From the NCBI RefSeq assembly GCF_035084215.1, contig NC_090342.1, positions 41,230,001-41,294,000 on the forward strand: a stretch of 64,000 nucleotides of DNA. Direction: 5' to 3'. The notes beneath the pieces are model-generated. The model was not told where the DNA came from. It did no database searches and was given only the letters and a program-made list of their open reading frames with translations. The position numbers and the translations under genes are program-made. This DNA comes from Heptranchias perlo. Taxonomy: Eukaryota. Shown here piece by piece: positions 14,601 through 26,500 of this stretch. Numbering within the stretch: the stretch's first letter is position 1; every line of letters starts with the position of its first letter.

Positions 14601-15250
14601 AGGAAGGCGAATGGTATGTTGGCCATCATGGCAAGAGGATTTGAGTACAGGAGCAGGGACGTCTTACTGCAGTTGTACCCGGCCTTGGTGAGACCACATC
14701 TGGAGTATTGTGAGCAGTTTTGGTCTCTTTATCTGAGGAAGGATGTCCTTGCCACGGAGGGAGTGCAACGAAGATTTACCAGACTGATTTCTGGGATGGC
14801 AGGACTGACATATGAGGAGAGATTGGGTCGACTAGGCCTATATTCACCAGAGCTTAGAAGAATGAGGGATGATCTCATCGAAACATATAAAATTCTAGCA
14901 GGACGAGACAGACTACATGTAGGGAGGATGTTTCCGATGGCTGGAGTGTCCAGAACCAGGGGTCAGTCTCAGGATAAGGGTATGCCATTTCGAACCGAGA
15001 TGAGAAATTTCTTCACTCAGAGGGTGGCGAACCTGTTGAATTCTCTACCACAGAAGGCAGTGGAGGCCAAGTCATTAGATGTATTCAAAAAGGAGATAGA
15101 TATATTTCTTAATGCTAAAGGGATCAAGGGATATGGGGAAAAAGCGGTAACAGGGTACTGAGTTAAACGATCAGCCATGATCATTTTGAATGGCGGAGCA
15201 GGTCTGAGGGGCCAAATGGTCTACTCTTGCTCCTATTTTCTATGTTTCTA
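11630..15250 (+). mobile_element. Near full-length decayed CR1 LINE: ORF1 SGNH esterase, APE endonuclease and RT
   Basis: IGDSIARG...PGARV.DV...VHIDTND (esterase); LNVRSIRNK, VYRPP, MGDFN, SDHN (APE); YLDFQKAFDKV, FADD (RT); multiple stops and frameshifts. Confidence 0.93.
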
Positions 15251-15557
15251 TTTCAACGTTAACAGTTATCACTTTTTGGCCGATGTAAGCGACTGCCCAT
15301 TTTAAACATGGACGTGTTAAGTGGTGGGGACTGTACCTGCGTGTGTATTGCTTTAAAAATGTCATCACTTTAATCTCAACTCAAGAAATCTAAATTGCTC
15401 TCGGAAAATATCCCGTTTTATGAGACATTTCCTACTTACATCTTTCTCCATTTCCCTGTTCAATAGCGCAGATTCCGAAGTTAAATCAAGGGGCCAAGTG
15501 AATAACTTCAAGAATCTTTGCTTATCCAATAACCTCTGAAGATTGAAGTTCACTTAC

Positions 15558-15673
15558 CCGTACAACCACTACCTGCACGGACACATGTTCTGGCAATCTG
15601 ACGGGGGCTCGGAAATGCATGGCCAAAGCTACGAGGAGATGAAGTATAGCCACCATCTTTTTTGCGTGGATCA
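15558..15673 (-). CDS. PARVB: Beta-parvin exon 6 (end of CH1)
   Basis: tttttag|TG ATC CAC...GTA CGG|gtaagt; 116 nt; (L)IHAKKMVAILHLLVALAMHFRAPVRLPEHVSVQVVVVR. Confidence 0.96.
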
Positions 15674-17704
15674 CTAAAAAGTAGATAAATTTATCAAAAC
15701 ACACCCAAGCTAACAGTTTTCAAGAGCTCGGTCACAGAACTTCTATGCAATCACTTATTTTTTCTTCTAGGCAGAAATGATAAAACCTCTCTAAAGCTGA
15801 TAGGAGTCCCAGCAAACAAACACACATCAGTCAGTCAAGTCAACTGCAGCATTAACAGCTGGTATGAGGAAATCTAAAGCCCAGAGCATCCTAATTACCA
15901 AATTGCCTGAAACAGCCAAAAAGCATAAAGATTGATATACTCATGCATACAAACTCATTAAGATGAATTGCAAATTCATGCACATGATTTCCGCATGATC
16001 ACAAAAGACATTAAAATAACTGCATTGGAAAGCAAGGAAACAATTTTCATCTCCAGAAAAAGATAAAGGACCAGTCAGTATTTCGGAAAAACAGTAATGT
16101 TTGCATACCACCGATGATTGTCGAAAATGTTCGTACACATACATCTTCATATCACAAAACTGAACTATATGAAAGGAAAATGAAAACCAGGTCCTGTGAA
16201 TAAAAGGATATTTACTTCTACTCTCTACTTTCCCAGCCGGACCTAGTTTTCAGAACATGATTTAATGAGGAAATAGGGGAGGATATCCCAATAAATCCTA
16301 GAGAACAATTTTTTCATTTCATGATACAAGCACAGAGAATTACTTATTTCATTTTGTCCTTTGGTTGCAATCACTTATCTATCAGATCACTGAACACACT
16401 GTCCCTTGATGTCACAAGGAATTAAGATGGCAATTGTCTTTATTTATGATATCAGAGGCCATTGCCGATCAGGGAACAAAGCTCTTAACTACTGCTTGTT
16501 GATACACCTGCCAGAAGATTACAGTCTCTGCAGTGAGTTAACATGCAACAGGGAAAGTAAGCACAAATAAATGTGCTTTCTACATTTAGATATTTAGAGA
16601 GCGCGAAGGCAGAAAGACTATATTTTGCTCAAGGCAGGAGGAATTTTGGTTATGCAGGCTTTCAATGGGAGGGAAAATACAAATGCAAATATTCTCTGCT
16701 GGGAGTTTAAGCAAAGGACAGTAAACTGACTCACAGATGAACCACAAGGCACCTGTAATGGGGACACAGCTGATTAGTGTTCCGGTGCATTGCATTGCAG
16801 AGTGGTAGGATGTGCGTTTGTGTTTTCAATTCAAGACTGGCAGGGTTATCGGGAAGCTATGCTGAGCAGAGGCTAGGCACTTGCCCACAAATGAGGAGAA
16901 AGAGAGATTTAACAAACACTGGGAAACATCCCACCCATAACCAGACACTCTTGCACTATCAATGAGATGAGGAGCAAAATTGGCAGAGGCCTGGCAGTAG
17001 GTTGCCACCCACTGGAGTATGCTGATTTGAAGAAGAGCATGAATAAAGATAAAAGTAAAAATAAGCATATGCTACTATTACTATAATGTTGCAAGACTTT
17101 GGCAGATCAGGACAAACTGTATCCTGTCAAGTTAATTGCATTATTGTAATGAAATATTTAAGCAGATTTTGAAAATAAATGTAAAAGTTCCTTATCTTGC
17201 ATATGTCAGAGAACTGATTTAACTTTTTGTTAAATTTAAAACTGAACGACACTCCAACTGACTGCAAGGAAGTAAATATGAGGGCTAAGACCAATCAGAT
17301 TTCCCAATTCATTGCTGGTCAACATTAAGCCTGCTTTTCAATTGTGTCTCTTGTGCTTTTTTTGATATATCAGAGTGCCGAGTTAATGCATTTTCTATTC
17401 GTTGTTAGAAAGAGCAGTACTTCACAAGAAAATCAAGCGATATTTACAATTTTGCTTTCTTTCACTATAACCCAATTTAAGCTACAATTATGCAAGACGG
17501 ATGAAATATTCTGTTTTGCATTTTATTGCAAGGAAATTAGTCATTTTAATGTCATCCTTTCTCTACCTCAATTCTAATGTGAGAATGAAATTTAAACATT
17601 TCAAACTGAAAAATTTGCATTGGTCTGGAACCACCTCAGATAACTGACGGTGCTAAAAGTTTTTATACAAACTGCAAAAGCAGATTTAGCAACCATGTAC
17701 TCAC

Positions 17705-17845
17705 AATCAACACTCCATTTGATAGCCCATCCTTGGGGTCGAAGCAGATCATTTACAGATTCCAACACAGTCTGAAGTTTCTGTTTCTGCCCTATTTCTG
17801 ACTGCGTCACTTCAGCAACATTCAGTTTACGATTTGCAAGTTTCT
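17705..17845 (-). CDS. PARVB: Beta-parvin exon 5 (CH1)
   Basis: Within ORF 17601..17909; tgtag|AG AAA CTT...GAT T|gtgagt; 141 nt; (E)KLANRKLNVAEVTQSEIGQKQKLQTVLESVNDLLRPQGWAIKWSVD. Confidence 0.96.
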
Positions 17846-18369
17846 CTACATGAGCAAAGAAAAGAGAAATAAAAATGCCACAATAAAGCTGAAGCTTCAG
17901 AATACTCATGCAAAAAAAAATGAAGATTTAACAAAGTAAAAACTGCTGACTTCAAGCTTTCAAATCAATACAGTTCCACAGTCGACTGATCAAAACTACG
18001 TTTGTCTATTCCTTATATAGTAACCTGTTTGTAATGTTAGAAATGATGTAAACTAGAAAAATGAATAATTGAGTCCACTTTGATCTTACACAATTTTTTC
18101 AGGATTCTTAGTGACAGGTTCTTTAAATAAGTATGTTTATTTCCTTTGCTCAAAGTTGTAAGTACTGTGATAATCTGAGATCATTGTTACTATTAATTTT
18201 AGATCTTTTCTTTTTGCATATTTTGTTCTCTGGATGTGAGCAAGGCTGCATATCTCTAGTTGCACTGCGGTGTGGTGGGCCTTCTCCTTGAACCACTGCA
18301 GTCCCTGTGATGATGATGCTGCTCTTACGATGGTGCTAGGAAATTCCAGTTTATTTGCTCAACGATGAT

Positions 18370-19500
18370 ACAGGAATGAAGGTGAAGGAAGCAGGAGATG
18401 GGTCTCATGGACAAGATGAGTTCATAGAGGACATGAGGGGAGATGGAAGAGAAACTAGAAAAAGATGCAGGTTCAGGGCTAGGGCAGGGGGAAACCTGCA
18501 GAGAAGGTTTGACTTAGTGAGAAAGGGGAAGGAGGGAAGCAGCAAACGTAGCTGAAAAGGTGGTCCCAATCTTAGTAATAAAGAAGTCCCAGCGCTCCTT
18601 GCACTTTATGGAACAGAGGGTTTAAAGAGATGGATAGAAGCTGGCAGTTATCTTTGCTCTCCAAGATGATCTTGGAGTAGTGGCTGATTTTGGCAGAGGA
18701 GAGCGAGGCCCGATAGCGCTTGATGTGATCCAACCAGATTTGATGATGCCTAAACTAACTGTGTGCCAAATACACTCATCTATTCCCCTTAGACGCGAAC
18801 AAACAAAGATGGGGGCAATACCAGCAGGTACGACCAGGATGGGAGAGAGTTAAGGTTTTGGTGGGGTCAAGGGCATCAAAGATGAGGGAGTAGATGAGCA
18901 GATTGACAGCTGCAGAAGTATCATGGCAAGTAGAAAGACAAAGGCTTGGTGGTTGGGAGTTTGAAAGTGTGGTTGTAAGTGACTTGGGGAGAGTATTTTC
19001 CCACAGGGAGATGAGAAGGAAGTGAGATTGAAAGGATGTAGGGAAATGTGGGCACTGTAGGATATAAGGAAGTGGTCGGATATCGTCTTATCTGTGATCA
19101 AGACCAAGGGATTAGAGAGGCCATGAGAGAAGGCAAGATCAAGGTGGTGGCCATGAATATGGGTAGGAGAGTTTATTTGGAGGGAGAAGTTTAGGGAGAT
19201 CAATCAGGGAAGTTTAGGGAAGGTAGCAAATTCAGAGGAGAGAATTGAGATGGAGATTGAAATTATCGACAATGAGTCATCGCTGAATGCAAAGGCTGAG
19301 TGAGGAAAGGTGGAAGTATACCTCGATGAGAAACTCAGAGTGGGGCTTGTGGGGTGATAGGCAATGAAGATTTTAAAGGAGGCGAGGGGGCTGGAACTAG
19401 GTGAGGTGCTCAAAGGAGGAGAAAGTACCAGAAGAGTAGGGAGAGATAGCAAGATGCAATTTGGTGATAAAAGCCACACTGTCACTGCAGCTATTTGGGT
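18370..19500 (-). mobile_element. Old L2-type LINE remnant (endonuclease region)
   Basis: ORF 18850..19203 PTHIHGHHLDL...ISDHFLI; strong purine/pyrimidine strand bias. Confidence 0.7.
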
Positions 19501-19884
19501 GGGGCAGGTGGTGAAAAGAAATGACCAGGCAGAAAGGCTTCAGTAAAGGGGTACAGTATTGCCACCCATGAGCCACAAATCCATCAAAGCCAGGATGCCA
19601 ATTTCCCATCATTTACTCTCAGATATCAACTACTTTTGAGTTTTGGATTGTGAATGAAAGTCATCATCTGAACTTTTAATAGAAAATGGCAAAAGTAAAT
19701 CCACACATTCGCAATAGTAAAAAATTGAAGAGGTTATATTGCTGCAATGTAAGGTGTTGGTCTGATTCCATCTGGAACACTGCATGCAGTTCTGATCACC
19801 ACCTTGCTGGAGGGTGTAAAGTGGTGAACATCAAAGATGATTCCAGGGATTCAGAGTTTAGGTTTTGAGGAAAGGTCAAGGAAA

Positions 19885-20835
19885 TTTTTTTTATTATTCG
19901 TTCATGGGATGTGGGCGTCGCTGGCGAGGCCGGCATTTATTGCTCATCCCTAATTACCCTTGAGAAGGTGGTGGTGAGCCGCTTTCTTGAACCGCTGCAG
20001 TCCGTGTGGTGAAGGTTCTCCCACAGTGCTGTTAGGAAGGGAGTTCCAGGAATTTGACCCAGCGACGATGAAGGAATGGTGATATATTTCCAAGTCGGGA
20101 TCGTGTGTGACTTGGAGGGGAACGTGCAGGTGGTGGTGTTCCCATGTACCTGCTGCTCTTGTCCTTCTAGGTGGTAGAGGTCGCGGGTTTGGGAGGTGCT
20201 GTCGAAGAAGCCTTGGCGAGTTGCTACAGTGCATCCTGTGGATGGAACACACTGCAGCCACTGTGCGCCGGTGGTGAAGGGAGTGAATGATTAGGGTGGT
20301 GGATGGGGTGCCAATCAAGCGGGCTGCTTTGTCCTGGATGGTGTCGAGCTTCTTGATTGTTGTTAGAGCTGCACTCATCCAGGTAAGTGGACAGTATTCC
20401 ATCACACTCCTGACTTGTGCCTTGTAGATGGTGGAAAGGCTTTGGGGAAGTCAGGAGGTGAGTCACTCGCCGCAGAATACACAGCCTCTGACCTGCTCTT
20501 GTAGCCACAGTATTTATATGGCTGGTCCAGTTAAGTTTCTGGTCAATGGTGACCCCCAGGATGTTGATGGTGGGGGATTCGGCGATGGTAATGCCGTTGA
20601 ATGTTAAGGGGAGGTGGTTAGACACTCTCTTGTTGGAGATGGTCATTGCCTGGCACTTGTCTGGCGCGAATGTTACTTGCCACTTATGAGCCCAAGCCTG
20701 GATGTAGCCCAGGTCTTGCTGCATGCGGGCTCGGACTGCTTCATTATTTGAGGGGTTGCGAATGGAACTGAACACTGTGCAATCATCAGTGAACATCCCC
20801 ATTTCTGACCTTATAATGGAGGGAAGGTCATTGGG
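19885..20835 (-). mobile_element. 5'-truncated CR1/L2-group LINE (same family as 1695), nested in an older CR1
   Basis: ORFs 20224..20802 and 19950..20405 nearly match 1820..2668 with one frameshift; CR1 remnant continues on both sides (~19690-19880 and ~20835-21220). Confidence 0.88.
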
Positions 20836-21254
20836 ATTGTTTTTCTGGGTGAAAGACTATGAAATGACTTAATTGATTTTTTTTTTAAGATTATGAAAAC
20901 AACAGACAAATTTGATCCAGGCAAATTGTTGACAGTAGTGAGTGGTTCAAATACGAGGGGACACAGGTTTAAAGAGGGAGTTAGAAGTAGTAAGTCAGGC
21001 TGAATCTTCTCATCAAAGGAGAATAGCAATTGTGGAATAATTTACCAGGATAGGCTACTGAAGCAGACAGGACAAGTGGGTTCAATAGATAATTAAGTGT
21101 ATTTCTGGAAAGAGAAGCAATTAAGGGATGTGGTAAGATGGTGGTGGTTAACTGATGAAAAATTGACAGGGTTGTTTGACCTAATGGCCCTTCCTTGTTC
21201 CTAAAAAATCTTATATTTTTATGTTAAAGCAGTATATAATATATCTGTTCTTAC

Positions 21255-21357
21255 CTAGCAACTTCTGGAGAACCTGTCCATCATAGAGATCTTCTTCAAG
21301 AGTCTTCACTATTATTCTTTCTTCTACTAGTACATCATTAATCCAGTCAATTAGAAC
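21255..21357 (-). CDS. PARVB: Beta-parvin exon 4 (start of CH1 calponin-homology domain)
   Basis: ttttag|GTT CTA ATT GAC TGG...CTA G|gtaag; 103 nt; VLIDWINDVLVEERIIVKTLEEDLYDGQVLQKLL. Confidence 0.96.
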
Positions 21358-21439
21358 CTAAAAAACATTTATAATTAATGTTCCATAAATTAGTCAATTT
21401 AACAAACTAATAAACTGAGAAACTCTCTAACCCTACTGT

Positions 21440-22700
21440 GATAACTAAGGGCTTTTAAATTAGACATCAATCTGGTGGCCCTCCTCTGAACCTTTTCTAG
21501 CAGCTCTATCTCACCCACCTGTGAGGGGACCAAAAATAGTCACTATTCTAGATGAGGCCTAACTAAGGTGTTATAAAAGGACATTGTAGTGCTTTTTCTT
21601 TTATATTGGATCATCCTAGAAATACATCTCAATACTTGGTTGGCCATTACTATAGCCTCGAAGCACTGATCGTGAATCTTTAGAGACTTGTGCAGTATCA
21701 CTCCTAGGCCTCTTTCCCATTTAACAATCTTTAGTTTGGAGCCCTGCATGGTATATACATGGTATTCCTCCATTGCATCTGGATCTGATTGTAGTCTTTT
21801 TTTTCTAATCTATGGTTCAAACACCAGCACAATTCTTTGTGTCATCTGTGAGCTTGCTAACAGTTCTCCCAACCTCTTCATTCAAATCATTAACAAAGAT
21901 GAAGAGCAATGGTCCCAACACCGATTCCAGCAGGACTCCACCTGTAACTGGTCTCCATGCACAAATAGTACCATTAATAAACAACCCTGTACCTACAAGA
22001 ATGCAACCAATTCCTTATCCACCAGGGCCATATCTTATAAATTAGATTATTGTGTGGCACATTGCCAAAAGCTTTTTGAAAATCCAAGCATATTATGTTG
22101 ACCAGGCTACCTTAATGCAGCATCCTCGCAACCTCAAAAAATTCAATCAGGTTGATGAGTCATGACATTAGAAACATAGAAAAATTTACAGCACAGAAGG
22201 AGGCCATTCGGCCAGCCTAATCCCAATTTCCAGCACTTGGTCCGTAGCCTTGTAGGTTATGGCACTTCAGGTGCATATCCAAGTACTTTTTAAATGTGAT
22301 GAGGGTTTCTGCCTCTACCACCCTTTCAGGCAGTGATTTCCAGACCCCTACCACCCTCTGGGTGAAATTTTTTTTCCTTAGCTCCTCTCTAATCCGTCTA
22401 CCAATTATTTTAAATCTATGCCCTCTGGTTATTGACCTCTCTGCTAAGGGAAATAGGTCCTTCCTGTCCACTCATAATTTTATGCACCTCAATTAAATCA
22501 CCCTTCAGCCTCCTCTGATCCAAAGAAAACAACCCCAGCCTATCCGATCATTCCTCATAGCTAAAATCCTTCAGTCCTGGCAACATTCTCATAAGTCTCC
22601 TCTGTACCCTCTCTAGTGCAATCACATCTTTCCTGTAATGTGGTGACCAGAACTGTACACAGTACACAAGCTGTGGCATAACTAGTGTTTTATACTGTTC
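21440..22700 (-). mobile_element. Two adjacent decayed CR1 fragments
   Basis: ORF 21543..21773 (Y.TLVRPHLE) and ORF 22217..22471 (TRGHRFK...FTQRVV..W..LP). Confidence 0.8.
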
Positions 22701-23096
22701 TATTCACACATTCTTTACCAGATGTAAATTATTATACATTTAATATAAATACACTTTTTCTAATTTAAACAAAAATTTCACATTATTGCTGATCTGGAAA
22801 ATCTCAAGATACTAACAGTTAAAATTAATGTAGACTGACATCAATAGGGTATAATCACCCACTGCAACAACAGAATAGTTAAATAATGGTCACATGAAAA
22901 GGAAAAATCATGCTGTATGACAGTAAATCGCAAGGGAATTCACAACAAAGTATATATTTTGTCATATATCATATCTTTACAAGTGTTATCAGGATGGGTA
23001 CATAATAGCCAAATTAAAGGGCAAAATCATGCCGTGTTTGACAACAAGTTATCGGAGAATTCAGTATGTAGTACACATTTTATTCAAGTACTTTAC

Positions 23097-23167
23097 CTTT
23101 ACAAGCTCTTTGAACTTTGCCTCTTCCTTGGAATATGGCTCAATCATTGTTCGTTCTTCATTCTCCT
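23097..23167 (-). CDS. PARVB: Beta-parvin exon 3
   Basis: ttatag|AG GAG AAT...GTA AAG|gtaaa; 71 nt; (E)ENEERTMIEPYSKEEAKFKELVK. Confidence 0.95.
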
Positions 23168-23502
23168 CTATAATTTAAACCAGCAGAGAACAAGTGAGCA
23201 GTAGGAATTTAAAAGGGGCAATGCTTTTTTCAGAAATTGGATCTTTTCGTATATTAGCACCAAAGAGAGAAAAGCCTCACCATGGTGTACATGTAAAGGA
23301 ACCAAACATTTGAGAACAAGTTAACACAAGTGATGACTTAAAATAGAAATGAAAATCTGGAAATGTGAGCCCTAGGACTGTATAGAAAATGAAAGCTGCT
23401 GTATTCTATTGGACATTTAGACAAAGGTCTCTAGAACTTTAATTGTAAACAGTAGAAATATAAAGTGAAGATTAGGAAGATTGTATCAGCAATCTTGAAT
23501 AC

Positions 23503-23592
23503 CTAGCATGGTGTCCTCTGGATGAATGTCTGTGGGCGTTGGAGACAATGGAGCATTGATGGCATTTTTGCCTTCTTCTTGTAGGTCACTCA
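23503..23592 (-). CDS. PARVB: Beta-parvin exon 2
   Basis: ccctag|TG AGT GAC CTA...ATG CTA G|gtatt; 90 nt; (V)SDLQEEGKNAINAPLSPTPTDIHPEDTML. Confidence 0.95.
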
Positions 23593-26500
23593 CTAGGGAG
23601 GAAGAAAACAGAGAATAGCAAGACCAGAGAAAATAAATGCTGCATTGTGCTGAAATGGTTCCAGCGGGCTATTTAAATCAGGAATATGATCGTTCTAAAA
23701 AACTGGTATTAATGCATGATAAGCTTACATTTAAAAAAATAAATACAACAAATCAAGTGCTGTGCAAGAGAATTCTTAAGCTGCCACTACTGAATTTGCT
23801 TTAGCCCTCACTACAAACTGGCCTTGTGTTTTATCTGTCTGCCTCCTGTAATGTTCATCATAACCATACTTCTTTATTCTGTAATACCCATGATCAGGAA
23901 CTGGAAAAAGGGCTGTATGCATTCAAAGGTATCCCCTTCTTGTTCATACATGAAATAGGCCCAAATGTATTACAAACCATCTTCACAAACAGCAGCAAGA
24001 AATACATGACCATTGTAAGCCTTCTGAGAGTGTGCACTGCCCAACTTAGCTGGTTTCAGGCCCCTGCCATTAATTTAAGAATCTCCTCTCAACTATTTAA
24101 AACAAAACTGAAGTGGGTCGAAAGCATACAAAAATATCTCAGCATCCAAAACAGGAGGTAGGTGAGTTTCCAGCGGCCCCATTTTTTCACTGCTGTGAAT
24201 TCTGCAGTGCAGCTTGCTAGTATCTATAGGGACAGGAGTTAAGCTATTAGGTCATTAAGTCAAACTCTCACAAGATCCAAATTTGCAATCCTTGTACAAA
24301 TTTGGTTCCCACTGGAAAAATTAAATGAGAATTTGGTCATATCATACCACTACAAAATAAATACTAATGTAGTTATAGCATTCTGCAAAATAAAGGCTAT
24401 CGTGGTTGCATAACATTCATATTATAAGCGCATCAGCCTTTAATCTGTATTCAGTGTTTTATTCCAGATGGTAACTATTAGAACAATAGCAGATCAGAAT
24501 GCGACTGTCAGTCAAATGGTAGCACAGCAATTACTATTTTCACTCTATGCACCAATGTTCACAGCCTAACCATAGTCCTTTGCAAATTGCTGCTGCAAAG
24601 TTCTGTACTCTTTTGCAGTATCGTATGGGACAGAACAATGTTTCAAACCTTGAAACTAACTGCAGTTTCCTAGGTTAAAAATAGCAGGAGGATTTTCTAC
24701 AGCTGGTTGGCAAAAACAGTGGCCAGCTTTTGGTGTAACGCTATCTTCAAAACACAATCTCATTTTTTTTACTAATAGCGTTTTAATGCAAAACCTTAGC
24801 TGCTGAGCATTACAGAGTTTGGACCCATTCACCTGCTACTCCTAACTAATGGAGAATAAGCAGAGGCTTTATGGGTGAGGAGGAGACGACATTTATTATA
24901 AATAGCTATAATATCACACTAAATTAATTACTAGAGCAAAAATGTTCCTGCATCAATGTCACATGGCACATTATACTTCAGCTCTTGTATCAATTGCTGG
25001 CCTCCAGCACCCTGTCACTTGAGAAAACTGACCTGCTGTGTAACCGAACAACATCTAGTTACTTGAACTTTTAACACTTACTGAAGTAAACAAATCCATG
25101 TTCTGATAAACCTCTCTTACATGAGGCTTCTGTAATAGCGTAGTTCATCATCTGATTCATGAATAGTTTAAAAAAAATCTCAATCCCAACTATAGGGAGA
25201 CAAATAAGTGCATTACACTCGAGATGATTAAAGCGAGGATGGTGTAACTAAAATTAAATGAAGCTTTGTTTGGTTCATACAGAGTAACGTTAGGTTGCCA
25301 GAATGTTATCAAGAAAGTTACTTTGTAGCTGCTAATGATTGCATCTCATGACATGAATAAAAGTCTCAATCTCAGCTTTAGACATGGCCTGTACTGTAAA
25401 AGGTACAAACATACGTTAATCAGAGTGCCTTTATCTAGCATTAGCAACAAAATAGATCTCCATTCAACATGTCACACGCAGGCTCAAACTCACAACCAAC
25501 GAATCAACTAAAATTGCAATACTACCTTCTTTTTTTCTGCTCTTTTTTGTCCCGCACAAGAGCCCTGCCATCTTTTTATTAACAGACAGTCATATATCCT
25601 AGCTACGTAGCATGCCAGCCCAGCTGCAGGGGAGAAGAGGTGCAGCTGGGCCAAGCATGAGATGCTTAACCAAGCACCACATGTGTCATTTCTGTCATTG
25701 TGACAGGGCTGTCACAATGACAGCAAGATGGCAGCACGAGACACATGCACTGATCACTAGCAATCTAAGCAACAAGAACACAGTCATCAGCATTCTGACA
25801 GACCCTTCTGACCTGCCTGCTCATTGTGTTTTACCCATCTGCAATGAATATTGAAGCAGAACATTTCCAGGTACATGGTGCACTGTGTACTAGATGAGCT
25901 AAAGATATTCTGAATAGAAAAAACAATAACTCATAGAATATTCTGATAATTTCAAATTATAAACCATAACTAAAGCTAGTTGCCTACTACAGTATATACA
26001 GTAATTGGAATGAATGCTCATTTATGATATTGTACTGCTCAGCTTTAATTGTATGTTGTAGGATCTTATTAGTACATTTGATGTCACTTAGTGTAGATTA
26101 TATCCCTAATTTAGAGAGACATTAAACAGTAAAATCTTAAGCACCAACTGATTCTCATTCTACTTAAATCACTATTAGTGGGGACAACCTGATAAATGAG
26201 ATTATGCTTCTTCAACAACAATGTCCCAATTACTGGGGCTCATCTGTAACATGACTGCAAATGTAAAGTTCAACCTGTTTTAACCAGATTAAAATTAACC
26301 TTTTTTGAGCTTTGCACGTCCTTTTTCAAAACATTCTGAAATTAGAGTAAGGAATTTGAATTTTTAAAATAGACTTAGATCCCGGGGTCATGGAAGCTCA
26401 TTTGCTGTATTCTCTCAATGGGACAAAAAGCTAATGTGCAAATTTTTACAGTCCTGAAATGTGTTAAATTTATTGTCAAACAGGATAATCAGCATATGCT

